Assembly: GCF_001194135.2 (NCBI RefSeq)
Contig: NC_068982.1
Coordinates: forward strand, 117,794,454-117,858,453
Reading direction: 5' to 3'
Source of the DNA: Octopus bimaculoides
Lineage: Eukaryota
DNA: 64,000 nt
The notes below the pieces were generated by a model that made no database searches, was not told the DNA's origin, and saw only the letters and a list, made by a program, of their open reading frames with translations. The translations under genes were made by a program, and so were the position numbers. Of the stretch, positions 27,008 to 40,191 are shown piece after piece; positions within the stretch are counted from its first letter, which is position 1; each line of letters opens with the position of its first letter.

Positions 27008-27599
27008 ACACATATATATGTATATATGTATATATCACTTTCCCGTTTCTCACTCCAGATCCACACTGATGATCGGCAACGTGGCTTTGAAATAACTAGA
27101 TAGCAGATAGCAGGTGAAATAATCATAAGGAACACTATGCCTTATGGGCGTTTTATATACTCTAAACACACAGACTCATACACACATCATATTCATACAC
27201 TCTCACACACATTAATTCACTCAGTTCCTCGAACATGTACACACATGCGCGCGCATGAGTTTAATATCTCAAGTAAAACTTTATTTATAGTTAAAATTAT
27301 TTTCCTTCTGACATAACATTAGTTTTTCTAACACCCAATTGTATTCATCATCTAGAGGAAATCTATTGCAATTAGCATGCATTAATATAATTGTTAAAAT
27401 TTGTTATGCAAAAACATCACTGCAAAGGTGACACATCCTAGAGCGAAACTATAGTGTATTCATAGAGTGCAGGAATGATTTCTAACGTTATGTACTGTTG
27501 TTAGTGGAGATATATTTGTAAGTTTGCTAGCATGATTCTCTTCACTATTTTCTCTATCTACGTAACTATACATCAACTAGTCAAAATATACCCTTGGAC

Positions 27600-28720
27600 T
27601 TAGTCCGGAATATCTAGTTTCGATTTCGTTAGCAGTGCACTGTCTGCTATGATTTAGAGACGACTATATAACCGAAAATCCAGTATTGCCCTGATGCTGC
27701 CTTTTCAATGATTTTGCTTGCCTTCATCAACAAAGCCCAGACTCTCGTATCTTCTTTTAAAACCTGTGTTTAGTTTACCTGTCCAATGAGAGTGATGACA
27801 AGTAATAACCTCCCACCTTCAAATATGCATGATAAGAAGTTTCGTGACACAGTTTATGATACCTTTGGGATAAAACTGGGTTGCCCTTGAATTCACTTAT
27901 CCAGATGTCAACCCATGAGAGTTGAGATTCAGAAATAGAGCTGGAGTTTAATAGGTCACCGGAAATATCAAGTCGAAATCAGAAAATAAGCTCTATTCCC
28001 AACTTACTGAGTGCCGCTATCTTCAGTGATGAATCTTTTAAAGGAAGGCCCATGGAATACTGTCTGAAGTCTTTCACAGCTATAAAAAAAAGCATTGCGT
28101 TCTACACTTAAAGCTTCTGTGTCTGACTGACGGGTCACTGGATGAGTTGCGATGTCCACGCTATTTCAGCAGTCCGTGGTTAAAGACTGCCACTTTTTTG
28201 AGACATAGATCTTCAGATTTTATTAGACAATTTCGTAGTCATATTTTGCATATTCCAGTTTCTTAGCCAGGGTAAAATCTTCTTTTCATTTGTTATGTCC
28301 GATGCAGGAAGGTTTAATTAACGCTTCAGTTTCTTGCGGTCAAGAATGTCTAGAGAATGTCTAGTTAGATGGGGCTTGTCTAGCTTGTTGCATACTGTTG
28401 CTCTCCAGTCAGTTACAACTACCTCTCTTTCAATCAAAAACTGACCCAGATACAAAGGCGCTCGCCAACTTAGCACAGACCTTTAGGCGCTAGACTATTG
28501 CATCCTGTGTTGTGCAAGCCCACTAAAACAAGTTAGAATGTTTTTAAGATGTCAAATTGATCTTCTAATGTATTAGATCTAGACAACCAGTACTGCAGTT
28601 TGGCCACTGTGGTGCCTCAACGTTTCCCGGAGCGATGTGGCAGACAGCGATAGATAACTTAGGAACTTGGAATTTGGATTGTTCCTCTGGATATTTACTC
28701 AGGAAACCTTTTACATATAT
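27600..28720 (-). mobile_element. heavily decayed LINE (CR1/Jockey-like) RT remnant
   Basis: Weak motifs on the minus strand: AVFNHGLLK (about AFDxVxHxxLL) and TPALFL (about SPxLF). Confidence 0.3.
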
Positions 28721-29406
28721 GTAGATTTGGCTGCAAAAAATCAGGGCTTTTCGGGAATTTTCTTGTTATACGAACCGATTTCTCAGCTTTTCAATCGCTG
28801 AAAACACACATTTATACATGCGCGCCCACACACCCACATATATGCACACACTCACACATACATACATACCTACATATATACATACATACACAGATAAAGA
28901 AATACTCGCATATAAGTGTCAGTGTATGTGCACACTCATGCTTATAAGCGTGAACGTATATTTTTTCAAACCATGTTTTCAAGAGCAATAGCTATCTATA
29001 AACATTATGTGATAAAACATTCAAAGCTGACATTTCAATGAAGACGTTTGCAAGGCAAATAAAAACATCTATTTGTTCTTTTGTTTGGCTGCCTGATGCA
29101 GTAAATGCTGACACAGATCTTCATGTCTGACACATAGCATGCAAAAAATAAGCGCACATTCATAATATTCCAAGTATTAACTTTTCGGAACAAACAATTC
29201 AAATTTTGTCTGTTACTTTGCAACATACCTAGAGAAACATGTAACGCCATTGTGTGAATACACGTTTAGATTATCTACATAAATTCTAGCGTGCTGAAAA
29301 ATAAAATAGACAAATAAACAATGGAAAACATTTCGTTAACGTATTTTTCTTTCTCATCTTGCTTTAAAGACAAGATGATGTTACTCTGGTGTCCTTGTAT
29401 CTGTGT

Positions 29407-29408
<2 letters not shown>

Positions 29409-29473
<65 letters not shown>
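29409..29473. repeat. (AT)n microsatellite
   Basis: Direct reading. Confidence 0.98.
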
Positions 29474-29477
<4 letters not shown>

Positions 29478-31107
29478 CTTGTTTGTGTGTGTGTGTGTGC
29501 CTGTGTGTGTATGTGTGTATATGCGTGTGTGTTGTGCTTGTACGTATGCATAAATCACATCTGCTCGCGCACAAGGTTTTCATTCATCTGATGAATATTA
29601 GATATATAAGAAGGGATATTAAAATGATATGACATCGATAAACTGTTTCTTTCACACATTAACATACCTTCCACCATGTTCCAAGATTATCCTCTTTTGT
29701 AAAAACGTTTTATGTGTTAGTCTTGTAAAAATAAATGTCTCTATTTTACTGCAAAGCTCATAATTCGGTATTCTTTTACAATGCTTCAATATTTTGTCTC
29801 TGATCATGACCGAGAAGATTTCATACTTGAATCATAATCGTAAAGTATTTTATTTATGAAGCAATGAACAGATGAGACTACCTTACCACCATCGTGAATG
29901 AATCGAATGGACATCTGGTTTATTGCTCAAACATGTCGAGTAAAGTGCTAAAGTCTTTCTTTATTGATAACGCTGCTTCTAATTAGTTTCATATTTTTCG
30001 AAACCATGCTTCAAGAAACGTTCTTAGGTTGATTGCAACATTATTAAATTTACTGGCCAATATTATAAGTGACTGCGCCTTGATTTCTTAATTTATCATA
30101 TTTCATAGAAGGAAGCCTTAAACTTTGAATAAGTACATTTATCGTGTCTCGACGAAAAAGAAAATTTCATGTGAATGATTATAAATGGTTCTGAAGTTAT
30201 TTGTAGATAACAAAACGCTAGATGGTGCGTACTGAAAAAAACATCTTTATCTGCAAGGCATATATGTAATAAAAGAAAATGAGAAAAATAAAAGAATTAC
30301 GCGGAATATTGGGCGTGACAACCTTAGTGTTAACTAATGTTCGTGCTAATGTCTAATATCTACTTGTAATAATGTTGTTATAGTATAGATATGAATGAAA
30401 TTATTCGATAATCATTCCATTTCGATTGACATTAAATCTCAATCCAATGCAAAAGAGAGGTAACTAAGAAGACAGTTGAGAATATTGATTTTACAATATA
30501 GCTGATGTTTGGATTCATTCACAAATATCATTTAGAACGAACTATAAAATACTGAACAAATCATACAAAATTTCTTCTAAATGCGATAAGGTGTCCTATT
30601 GCAACATGATGAGTTCTATAATGTTCGAAGCGATATCAAGCTCGACTCGCCTAAGACGAGAACATCCTTATTTTAGAGAAACACAATTACCTTGTGCAAT
30701 CTGTCTATTGTCTAGTTTAAATATAACAAAAGTTATGTCCTACGTTATTTAGTACAATAGAATGTGAAGCATGTCTGCACGTCTCCTTACTGAGTTATTA
30801 TGTCGTTTCATTCGTGGTTCCCTAAAATGTACTTCATAATACACGCCAAGGAAAATTATAGCACCGAAATATATAACCTCCTCACCCCACAAAGGTTCTT
30901 TCTAATATATATGCGTGCACATTTCTTTGTTTGCTTTGTGTTTGCGTGTGTGTGAGTATGAGCGTGCCCGTGTACGCGAGTATGTGTGTCAGCGTGTGAC
31001 TGTTCCTCTCTCTCTGTGTCTGATATACTGCCGGATTTCTTTGTACTCAAGCTTTGTAACATCATCAGCTTAATCAGGATCTATCTCTCTATCCTTCAGC
31101 CAATTTG

Positions 31108-31150
<43 letters not shown>

Positions 31151-31738
31151 TTATGTGTGTGTGTATGTGTTTCAACGTATGTACCTTTATGTATTTAACT
31201 AATATAGAATAAGATAGGAAGTTTATATTAAATTGATATTTTTTATTAAATTGTGATTGCTTTTTGCCATGAACTATAATAATGATGATAGAAAAATCGA
31301 CAAAAATAAATGAACCGGTCCTTGTTCTTATTTGTGCTACACTGAAGTTCACAATACTATTCTGCATGACAAGTTGATACAATGTTGGTTTAATGTCAAC
31401 TCAAACGCAATCAAGATAAACTAAAGTAAATTACATCACCGCATTGTCCTCAGGTTATGAATTACAAGTCTACCTCAATTACAGTCGTGCTTGAAACGTC
31501 ATTGAAGTTGTAAATGAAATGCCAGTTAAATAATTATGTTGTGTATATACTTTATACATTAACAATATATTAAATCTTAAGTGATAAGAATAGGTAGATT
31601 GTCTACGTGAAGTGGCATATAAAATTGTATACTGTAACGTTTTGTGATATCTGTCAAACATCAATCATTTAACATAATCGTATATTTCATTGAGGACTGG
31701 TTGATATAAAGCAAATTTATAATATGCGATATATTGTA

Positions 31739-32570
31739 CGAGGGTTGTCTGCAAACTGCATAGTATGAGAAACATACTCCCACGGATTGTGACCAACTGA
31801 ATCTTATTTTTCAACATAGTCTCTCTTGCGCTCCGCACATTTGTGCCTTCGGTGTTAGCGTTCATCGTGTTGGACAAAATTGTCATGAATAACAGATATG
31901 CTGTCATGAAGAACAGTTGAAAGTCAAATCGGGCCAAATTAGGAGAATATGGACCGTAATCAACTAATTCGAAACCACAGTGAGGCACACCAGCCAAAGA
32001 AACTATGGACTTGTTTACTGGAGCATTATTCTGATGAAACAGGACAAAGCCTCAATACACAAATATTCCTGGTCCTTTGGTCTTGATAGTTTTTCTTAGT
32101 ACTCTCCATTGATGGTGTAACCTTTTTGAAGATAAACACAATGCCTTTTGTATCCCCAAAACCTGACGATATGATCTTCGTTGCAGATGAATCGGCTTTG
32201 GCTATCTTTGAAGCAGGTAAGGAGAGGTGTCTGCACTGAATGGATTACCATTTTGTCTCTGGCTCAAGAGTTGAATGAAAAGCTCATCCTGGATTATGGA
32301 ACATTCAAGGAAAGGTGCTGGATCTGCTTGAAACAATGCCAGATTTGTCCGTGATGTGAGCAAACTGGTGCGCTTTTGATCGGGTGTCAGAAGATATGAC
32401 ACCCACCGAATTGAAACCTTTGTCATGCCAAGTCCATTGTTTAGAATATTCTCAACCCACCCGCGGATATTCTAATAGCACTGGCTAGTTGATCTCCTTT
32501 AATCCACCATCATGTGATGAACACGGTCACTGTTTTGATCGGTCGTAGCAGTTTTACGACGCCCATAATT
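31739..32570 (-). mobile_element. 5'-truncated mariner element
   Basis: MTKVSIRWVSYLLTPDQK...VLFHQNNAPV...GPYSPNLARFDFQLF...RDYVEK*. TIR-like cgagggttgtctg preceded by TA. Confidence 0.85.
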
Positions 32571-33321
32571 TGTATCATCTTTAAGACTGTCCCTTTCTCT
32601 CCTAATTTAGCTACATACTATTCTGTTGTTGATAAAGATAGAATGTCATCCTCTAATGAAGCAGATATGTCAGCATTAATGCTTTTAGGGGTACTTGATA
32701 ACAACATGATGCTAAGTTTTGTCCATTTTCAGGAGGACTCTCTACTAGTTACCTTTGAAGTCTTAGAACAGTGTGATATCAGTTTACCTAATCACGCAGT
32801 TATTAATAAGAATGGTTGAAATCAATAGATGCAAGATGTCTCAGCTGGGGCATCATTCATTCATAGTCAGCCCGTAAACATTTCGCTCTCATAGTTAAAG
32901 AAATCCTATTTGTAAATCCTATAACATTATGTGGATTACCTAATTATGAAGCTTAAAGGAATCTATACTTTCTCAATATCTCTTGAGACACAGTGAAGGG
33001 ACAGAATCTTGATCTTTTAAACATAGGCATGTTTTCCCTCTGATTTGTTATGTTAGACGTCAGCAATTTAAATCGCAACAAGATAGAATACAAGTTTACA
33101 GTATTAGGATTCGTATAGAAACCTGGCTGATAAAATGCCCGGCAATGCATTTTGTCTTATTTTTCGGAAAGATATGACATCGATGTGCTATAGATAACTA
33201 TCTTTGTATGATCAAATATAAATTTGTTGGTAAGTTGCACGAATTACACTGTGTAACAAAAAAATTATGTTTTATTTCTTTTTGCCTTTGGTCAGTAAAT
33301 GATATTTCCTATTAGCTTCTA

Positions 33322-34564
33322 TCAGGTCATCCCATAAGTTCTGTCTGATTTTACCTTCTTTAAAATTGAATGAAATTTAATAGTATTTTAGAATATCTAA
33401 TGGAATTAAAAAATATTTTTATGCATTTGTGTACATTTAAACTAATTAAATATTATTTTACAGAATAATAGATTTAAACTTTCTTCGATTAAAATCCTTT
33501 CTAACATGGAAGTATCCAAAGAGCATCTAAGGCACACAATGCTTTCTGAATACAAAAAAGGAAACTCTGCAGCCGAAGCGACTCGAAACACACACCCAGT
33601 TTATTGGAAAGAATGCTTGAATGAAAGAACTTGCAGAAGATGGTTTGCAAAATTCAGAAGCGGAGATTTCAGCTTTGAAGAAGACCGAACAGGTCATCCA
33701 GTTGAGTTTGATGATAAGCTCCTTGAGGCATTACTTGAAGAAAATACTGCATTATCAGTTGAAGAATTGGCGATGAAGCTTAGTTCAAACCATACAACTG
33801 TTCATCGTCATCTTCAACGACTTGGAAAATGGGTTCCTTATGAATTGTCCGAAAGCAACCGCAAATCCCGAGTTGACATCTGCTCTTCTCTGCATTCTAG
33901 CGAACTCGTTTCACCCTTTCTGGATAGATTTGTGATTAGTGACGAAGAAGGGATCTTCTATCAAAATATTAAACGCTGTAAACAGTGGCTTGGTAAAAGT
34001 GAAAGAGCTCAACTACAACCGAGAAGAGAATTCATGAAAAAAAAAAAGGTTCTTCTCTCTAACTGGTGGGATTGCAAAGGAGTAATTAACTTTGAATTGT
34101 TACCACCTAATGCAACAATCAATGCTCACGTCTAATGTCAGCAATTAGAGCGTTCGAACCAAGCTTTGAAAAACAAAAAAGACCCGCTTTAGTTAATCGA
34201 AACTGAGTAATGTTTCATCAGAACAAAGCGCGACCCACACTGCAAAGATCACATCACAGAAGATCGAAGAGCTTGGTTGGGAACAAATTCCTCATCCACC
34301 ATATTCTCCCTACCTTGCTCCTTCAAACTACCATTTATTTTGTAGTTTACAGAATCACTTGGGGGACATAACTTTCGCAAGCCAGGATGAGGTCGAAACT
34401 GACATTTCAGAGTTCTTGATGGGATTAAAAAGCTTGCAAATAGATTAAAGGAAGTCATATATAATCAGGGAAAGTACACTGATGATTAAATTTCACTTAA
34501 ATATAATATTTGATCACTTGCTTTTTTTATTCAAAATTCGTACAGAACTTATAGGATGATCTGA
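33322..34564 (+). mobile_element. full-length (1243 bp) mariner transposon
   Basis: TIRs tcaggtcatcccataagttctgt / acagaacttataggatgatctga, with TA at 33320-33321 and 34565-34566. Confidence 0.96.
33506..34489 (+). pseudogene. mariner DD34D-type transposase pseudogene
   Basis: HTH (CRRWFAKFRSGDF), WVPYEL, DEEGIFY, HQNKARPH, YSPYLAPSNYHLF, GKYTDD*. Nonsense codon at 34133 and later frameshifts. Confidence 0.93.
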
Positions 34565-36044
34565 TATCTAGAAATCAAAGAAAATGTCACCTTTTCCATT
34601 CAGACATTGCTTTGTGACCTGGATATCAATATTTGGAAACTGATCTATTTTTCGTTACATTTCAGACAGATTGGGCGGTGAATTGCTGAAGTAGAAATAT
34701 CGTTATAATAAACATTCTTCTCAATACCAATGATTTTTGGTTGCCAGTTGCTTGACCTTTTTTACTTCAACATGTGGCTGATAATTTATGTACCTCTGAT
34801 CATGAGGAGTAGTAATGAGGGAGCATCATAGCTATGCGTTGAGAGGATTCCTTGGGGTTTGAATAAAAGTAACAAAATCAAAGTTTGAAAGAAATAGTAA
34901 CCCTTTTCCATACAGTGTAGGGGTAAGCAAATAAGAAATAATAGTGGTTACCCAAAGAGAAAATCGTATAACACAGTGGTAATAACCATCTTTGAAAATT
35001 AAGTGACGAGAATGCTGCCAAAAGCTTGAACTCACAAACCGTGTATTACTAGCTAAATACATTATAATAGTTATGATAGTAGACTGAAAACAATACATTG
35101 AAATGTATTTGTTATCTACAAATCCTTACAGTTATTTTAATACTTATTTTTACTATTTATTTTGTTGAGTATTTCTCCGATGCATGATATATTTAGTGTC
35201 ATATATCGTCCAGGAAGTACACCGTTTGGTAATTATAGTTGAAATGCTTTTACAAAAAACGAACTGATAATTCTTAGCAAAGAACAGACGATCCCCTCTG
35301 AAGAACAAATGACTTCATGCAAGATTGGAAAAGCCCAAAAATCAGAAAACAGCTGGCCTTCTTTGAAATATATATTGCCTTCTGTGTGCCACAGAATAAA
35401 TACAGTTGAAGACCTGCCTGAAGATTAGTTATTCCTTTCATGTTATATGAGATGTAGGTAATCTCGTGCTAATTTAAATCGTTATTAAAGGCTACTAATG
35501 TTTATTAAGAGTGAGTCTGCACGTATTCGTCTTTCAACTTATCATCAGTAGAACCCACAGCAGGCATTCTGACTTACACGTATCCCTGTTGCAACAAGTT
35601 AGTTGCAAATCACGCGTAATGTCTCCGTGAAGTTGAAATATAGATTAACAGCAATACTATTGGTCTGTATCAGAATAAATCACAAATGACATATTCGGTG
35701 ATAAAGCGAGAAAAAAATGTAAACTAAAACTGTAAAATTCTCTCATCGAATACAACAGCCATCTGCCATGCATGTGCTGACAGCATTTCTCACAAACTTA
35801 GTCATTAAATTTCATAATACAGATTCTGACATTCAATGTTCAAATAAATGTGGGCTCTACTTGAAACGTCTGGAAATTTAGGGCCGTTAGCTGCACAGAA
35901 ATGCACATTCCCGTGCACATGAACATACATTAGTATAACATAATACAATCTGTTAACTGTTATAAAATATATCACATAGAAAAATGCGAGCAACAGAAAT
36001 AATATTCTTCAGATTATAAAAATGGAAAAGTACAAGACAAGTTA

Positions 36045-36776
36045 TTACACTTGGAAAAGTTCAAGACATGTTATTATATCTGGTAAAGTATAGAACAAGA
36101 ACATTTTTACTTAAAATATTGCAGCTAAGGATACAATTTCAAATAAAATATTTAGATTTAGAAAATATTAGCTTTTATTAAAACTAAGAAATTTATGACA
36201 ACTTATTACTTCTATTTTATGACAAGTTATTACTTCTATTACTTCTACTAGTTACTTCTATTAACAATTAAGATAGCTCGAGTAAAATGTTATTTGCACT
36301 TTAAAAAAAATCATTTTTAATCATTAGAAATTTGAAAATAGGTTATAAAATTAATACTAGTACGAAATTAGTTGGTGCAACAAATAGAATAATACAAAAA
36401 TACTTATATATTACAGTAAAATCTACCTATAACAAATTCACAGTGAAATTTGCTTGAGTTATTGCCTAAGATACTGCCAAGTCTTTACATTTATAGTCTT
36501 GACTCAATGCCTCTTTTTACATAATGAATTTGCCTACCATATATACTATTCTACTTCGCATGAAACATTAGCTATATTGGTACTTCTGGCTCTCCCATTT
36601 TAAGTATTCTAATTCTAGTATGTCCTTTTTTTAAATTATAATGTTACTTTGTAAAGTGAAATCAAATAATATTTAATATTCAAATTTTAACCTTAGCTGC
36701 AATATTTTTAGTTAAAGTTTTCTTGTTCTGTACTTTACCAGATATAATTATTTATCCGGAACTTTTCCAAGTGTAA
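36045..36776. mobile_element. MITE/foldback element with about 110-bp imperfect TIRs
   Basis: 36045-36153 is the reverse complement of 36668-36776 (ttacacttggaaaagttc...tatctggtaaagta.agaacaag...aatattgcagctaagg). Non-coding AT-rich core. Confidence 0.75.
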
Positions 36777-38925
36777 CATAATCTTAAGAATATTATTTCT
36801 CTTGCATTTTTCCAAGTAATCGATGTTTTTCCAAGTTATGCTATTATGCTAATGAATAAAGTCCCATATGTGTCAATTAATGATGTTGATAATTTTTTCC
36901 ATACCTCAATGATGCCGGTCACATATATTAAAAGTCCCTTACAGAACTATATTCATAAAAATATATTGAACTATACTCATGAAAATGTATAGAATTATAT
37001 TATCACCCTCAAATGTTATAAACACATACTCATAACATTTTTCCTTTTAAAACTTCATTGCATGAGATTGATGCCATGAAATTCCTCGAATTGAGCTGTC
37101 ATTTAAGATTAATTAAAATATAGCTTGTTTTTAAAAGTAAAAAGTTAATTATACTTAAAACCAATTTTTTGCTTTCCTTATATTTTCATGATACTTTACC
37201 TCGCAACAAATTTAATGCATGTTTTTGCTGCAAGGAAACAAAACTATGAAATTCGTCAGGCTTTCTTTTATCATTGAAGCTAAGATAAATATATTTTGCT
37301 TTTAAAATAAAAAAAAATTACTTAGATCTAAACTTGATTGGTTGCTTTACTTACTCTCCTATAACATTACTACAAATTTTGACGTAAGTATTTTTCTACT
37401 AGACCAAACCTCAGCGTATGCGAAAATGTAGCTCGGGACCAGTCCTCTTCAAAGATGTTAAAAGTTTTCAATTTGGTTAAGAACTAAATTAGCGACAAGC
37501 TCTGAAAAATGCTGTGAGTGAGCAAATTGTGGCCTTAAGAATACTATTCAACTAATACCGTAGTTAAATGATATCATTCACAGCTTTCTTCATTATCAAC
37601 ATTTAGGGTATTTTAAACAGATTTCTTGATATAGTTGCAGTTTTTAATATGAATATTATAAATTGGAAAGTACTTTCTAAATAAAAAGTCGTTGCTTTTC
37701 TTCAAGATGAAGGCAATTTCCAAATGCATTTTGAAAATAAATAGAGTAGAAAGGATAATTTCTATAGGTATAGAGGGAAAGATTTGAAGCAGAGACAGAG
37801 CGAAGCGAGCAAGAAAATAAAAGCTAAACGGGGCAAGCAAGAAGAATATTTAAATAGGAATGAAGTTAGAAATCAAATAAGCAGAATAAAGTCAGAAAAC
37901 GGAACCGAGATGGCGAATTCATAACTTCCATTTTCTGTTTATATCTTACGCGTACGTATGAATGCAGAGAATTTCACAATATTTGTCTCAATCTACAAAT
38001 GTCGTATGCATATACATTAATAAATACTTTTAAGTGAATGAATGGTTCAGTTGTGCCAAAAGTAATAGCAGAACAAACAAATAGGGAAGTAAGCGTTGTC
38101 AGCTACGAAGTAGTAATTCATTCAATTAATTATGAATGTTAGAATGTTGCAATCGTGTGCATACGATGTTAGTAATATTCTGAGGAATTTTCAATATCAT
38201 TTCACTAAATATGGATCAAAGCTTCCTCCGATTATATATATGCTGGTGAAGTCTCTTATATTTGCATTTAATTTGCCAAATCTCATTAGATTACTGAGTT
38301 ACACCTCTCTTACCTATGTGGCTAAAGAGAAATTATATTTTATTCTTCCATAATTATGTATTGCTAGTGTACTACTTTAACTTTTGCTATAGTGAAATGA
38401 TTTCCACTTCATGTGCGATTGAGTCCATTTTACATGACTGAGTCCCAAAGATTCAGTTAAATTCGTATTTGTATCTAGCTTTAATAAATTTGAGCGATAC
38501 ATTAGTTTCCCAATTCTTCGTACTAGTTAACAGGGGCAATTTTATCTGTTTATGTTGCACTGGAATTAGTGTATGAATTAAAGCTAAAACATTTTGCAAC
38601 TTTTTGCCAGCAATTCGGAGGGAAAGAGGGATGCTATCCAAAGTAATGCATACTGCACTTTGCCACTAGAATGCATAGTGTATTTCAATAGATATCACGT
38701 GTGCTGCAGTATTTCGAATTGTATTTCATAACAGATGTCTCTACTTAACCACTCCACAAATTCGTTCCTCAACTGTGGAGTTTTAGATATAAAACCCTCC
38801 TGAGAGTATATTGTTAAGTGTTACGTAAAAACGCTGCAGGAGAATGTCAATGTTGACATGAGAATGAAGTCCTCTTCTTTGAATCGTAAGTCATTGTAGT
38901 ACTAACATCCCAATATACTTACAAG

Positions 38926-39007
38926 GTTATGAAGCTGAATTCTCCGAGAATGAACCTAGAATGCTTTGAATCTGATCGTGTAGAAATGCTAGATGATCAA
39001 GATTACC
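38926..39007 (+). CDS. weak candidate exon (VMKLNSPRMNLECFESDRVEMLDDQDY)
   Basis: TACTAAC branch-point match at 38900, acceptor ttacaag, donor gtatgt. Confidence 0.2.
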
Positions 39008-39829
39008 GTATGTACACTAACATTTTCCTAAACAATGTTGATTCTAACAACATGCAGATTAACAGATCATCAAATATTCACAGTTGAAGAGTAGATGATA
39101 TCTAACAATTATTATATGATAACGTTTAGAACTTAGCACACGATCTTACAAAACGATGTGAAGAGGCCGTAAAATAAAATGATATAATACATTGATTTTT
39201 AGAAAATTATGATGTGTTTATAATTAAAGATAGTGAAAATAAATTGGCCACCAAATTAAATGTAGAGTGATAAAACATGATAAATCCAAAATCAGATTAA
39301 TTACCAAGGATAATGAAAGTTCGAAAGGAACAAATATTTCGCAATAACACAATACTAACCCCATTGATTTACTTTAACATCAGCCATATTTTAGTTGAAT
39401 TGAGACTTACCAAATGTAATATTTACATCGAAATCCTACTCATTATTACTCTGAAATTCGCCATGGCTTATAACATCATATACAATAATGATACACACTA
39501 TTCAATCAATTGTCAATAAACCCTTTATGAATTGGTTTAAAATCTCAACTGAAACGATTTCCTTTTGACAATAACAGAAGCTCCTAAGTTCGTAGATTTT
39601 ACCCATATTTTTATAAAACTTTTACTATTTTACCTATTGAAAAATGTTTTACATATTGTCTTGTGTTGCTATCAACTCTTTGGGGGATTTCAGCAATCTG
39701 AATATTACATATTTCCAGAAGGACATTAATTTTGTCCTCGATAAAATATACCATCGGTAGTGTGGCTAACGTTTATCGACTAAACAAAAATACAGAAAAA
39801 TATCGAATATAAAAAAATATTAAATACAT

Positions 39830-40025
39830 TTACAGTTCCTTATTTACATTAATTATATTGTTTACATTTGACGGATATTTGTCCTCATGGCTGATATTCC
39901 CTTCAGCCTTCATCAGGTGTCTTGGGGAATTTTCGAACCTGGGTTCTCTTTCCTAAGGTATTTTTCGATGTTATTATTATTATCATATTCAGGTCACAAC
40001 CTGGAATCGAACTCCGAATCTTGGG
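39830..40025 (-). mobile_element. 5'-truncated copy of tRNA-headed, hammerhead-containing SINE (family C)
   Basis: Reverse complement aligns to 40055-40100 and to 40460-40620. Confidence 0.85.
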
Positions 40026-40029
40026 CATA

Positions 40030-40095
40030 TGGCGTAGTGGTTAAGAGCGCGGGCTACTAATCCTAAGATTCCGAGTCCGATTCCAGGCAGTAACT

Positions 40096-40136
<41 letters not shown>

Positions 40137-40146
40137 NNNNNNNNNN

Positions 40147-40191
<45 letters not shown>

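Noticed and set aside
40030-40095. tRNA-like sequence
   Set aside because: There is no acceptor stem, the B box is mutated and it runs into (AAT)n. It is a SINE head, not a tRNA gene.
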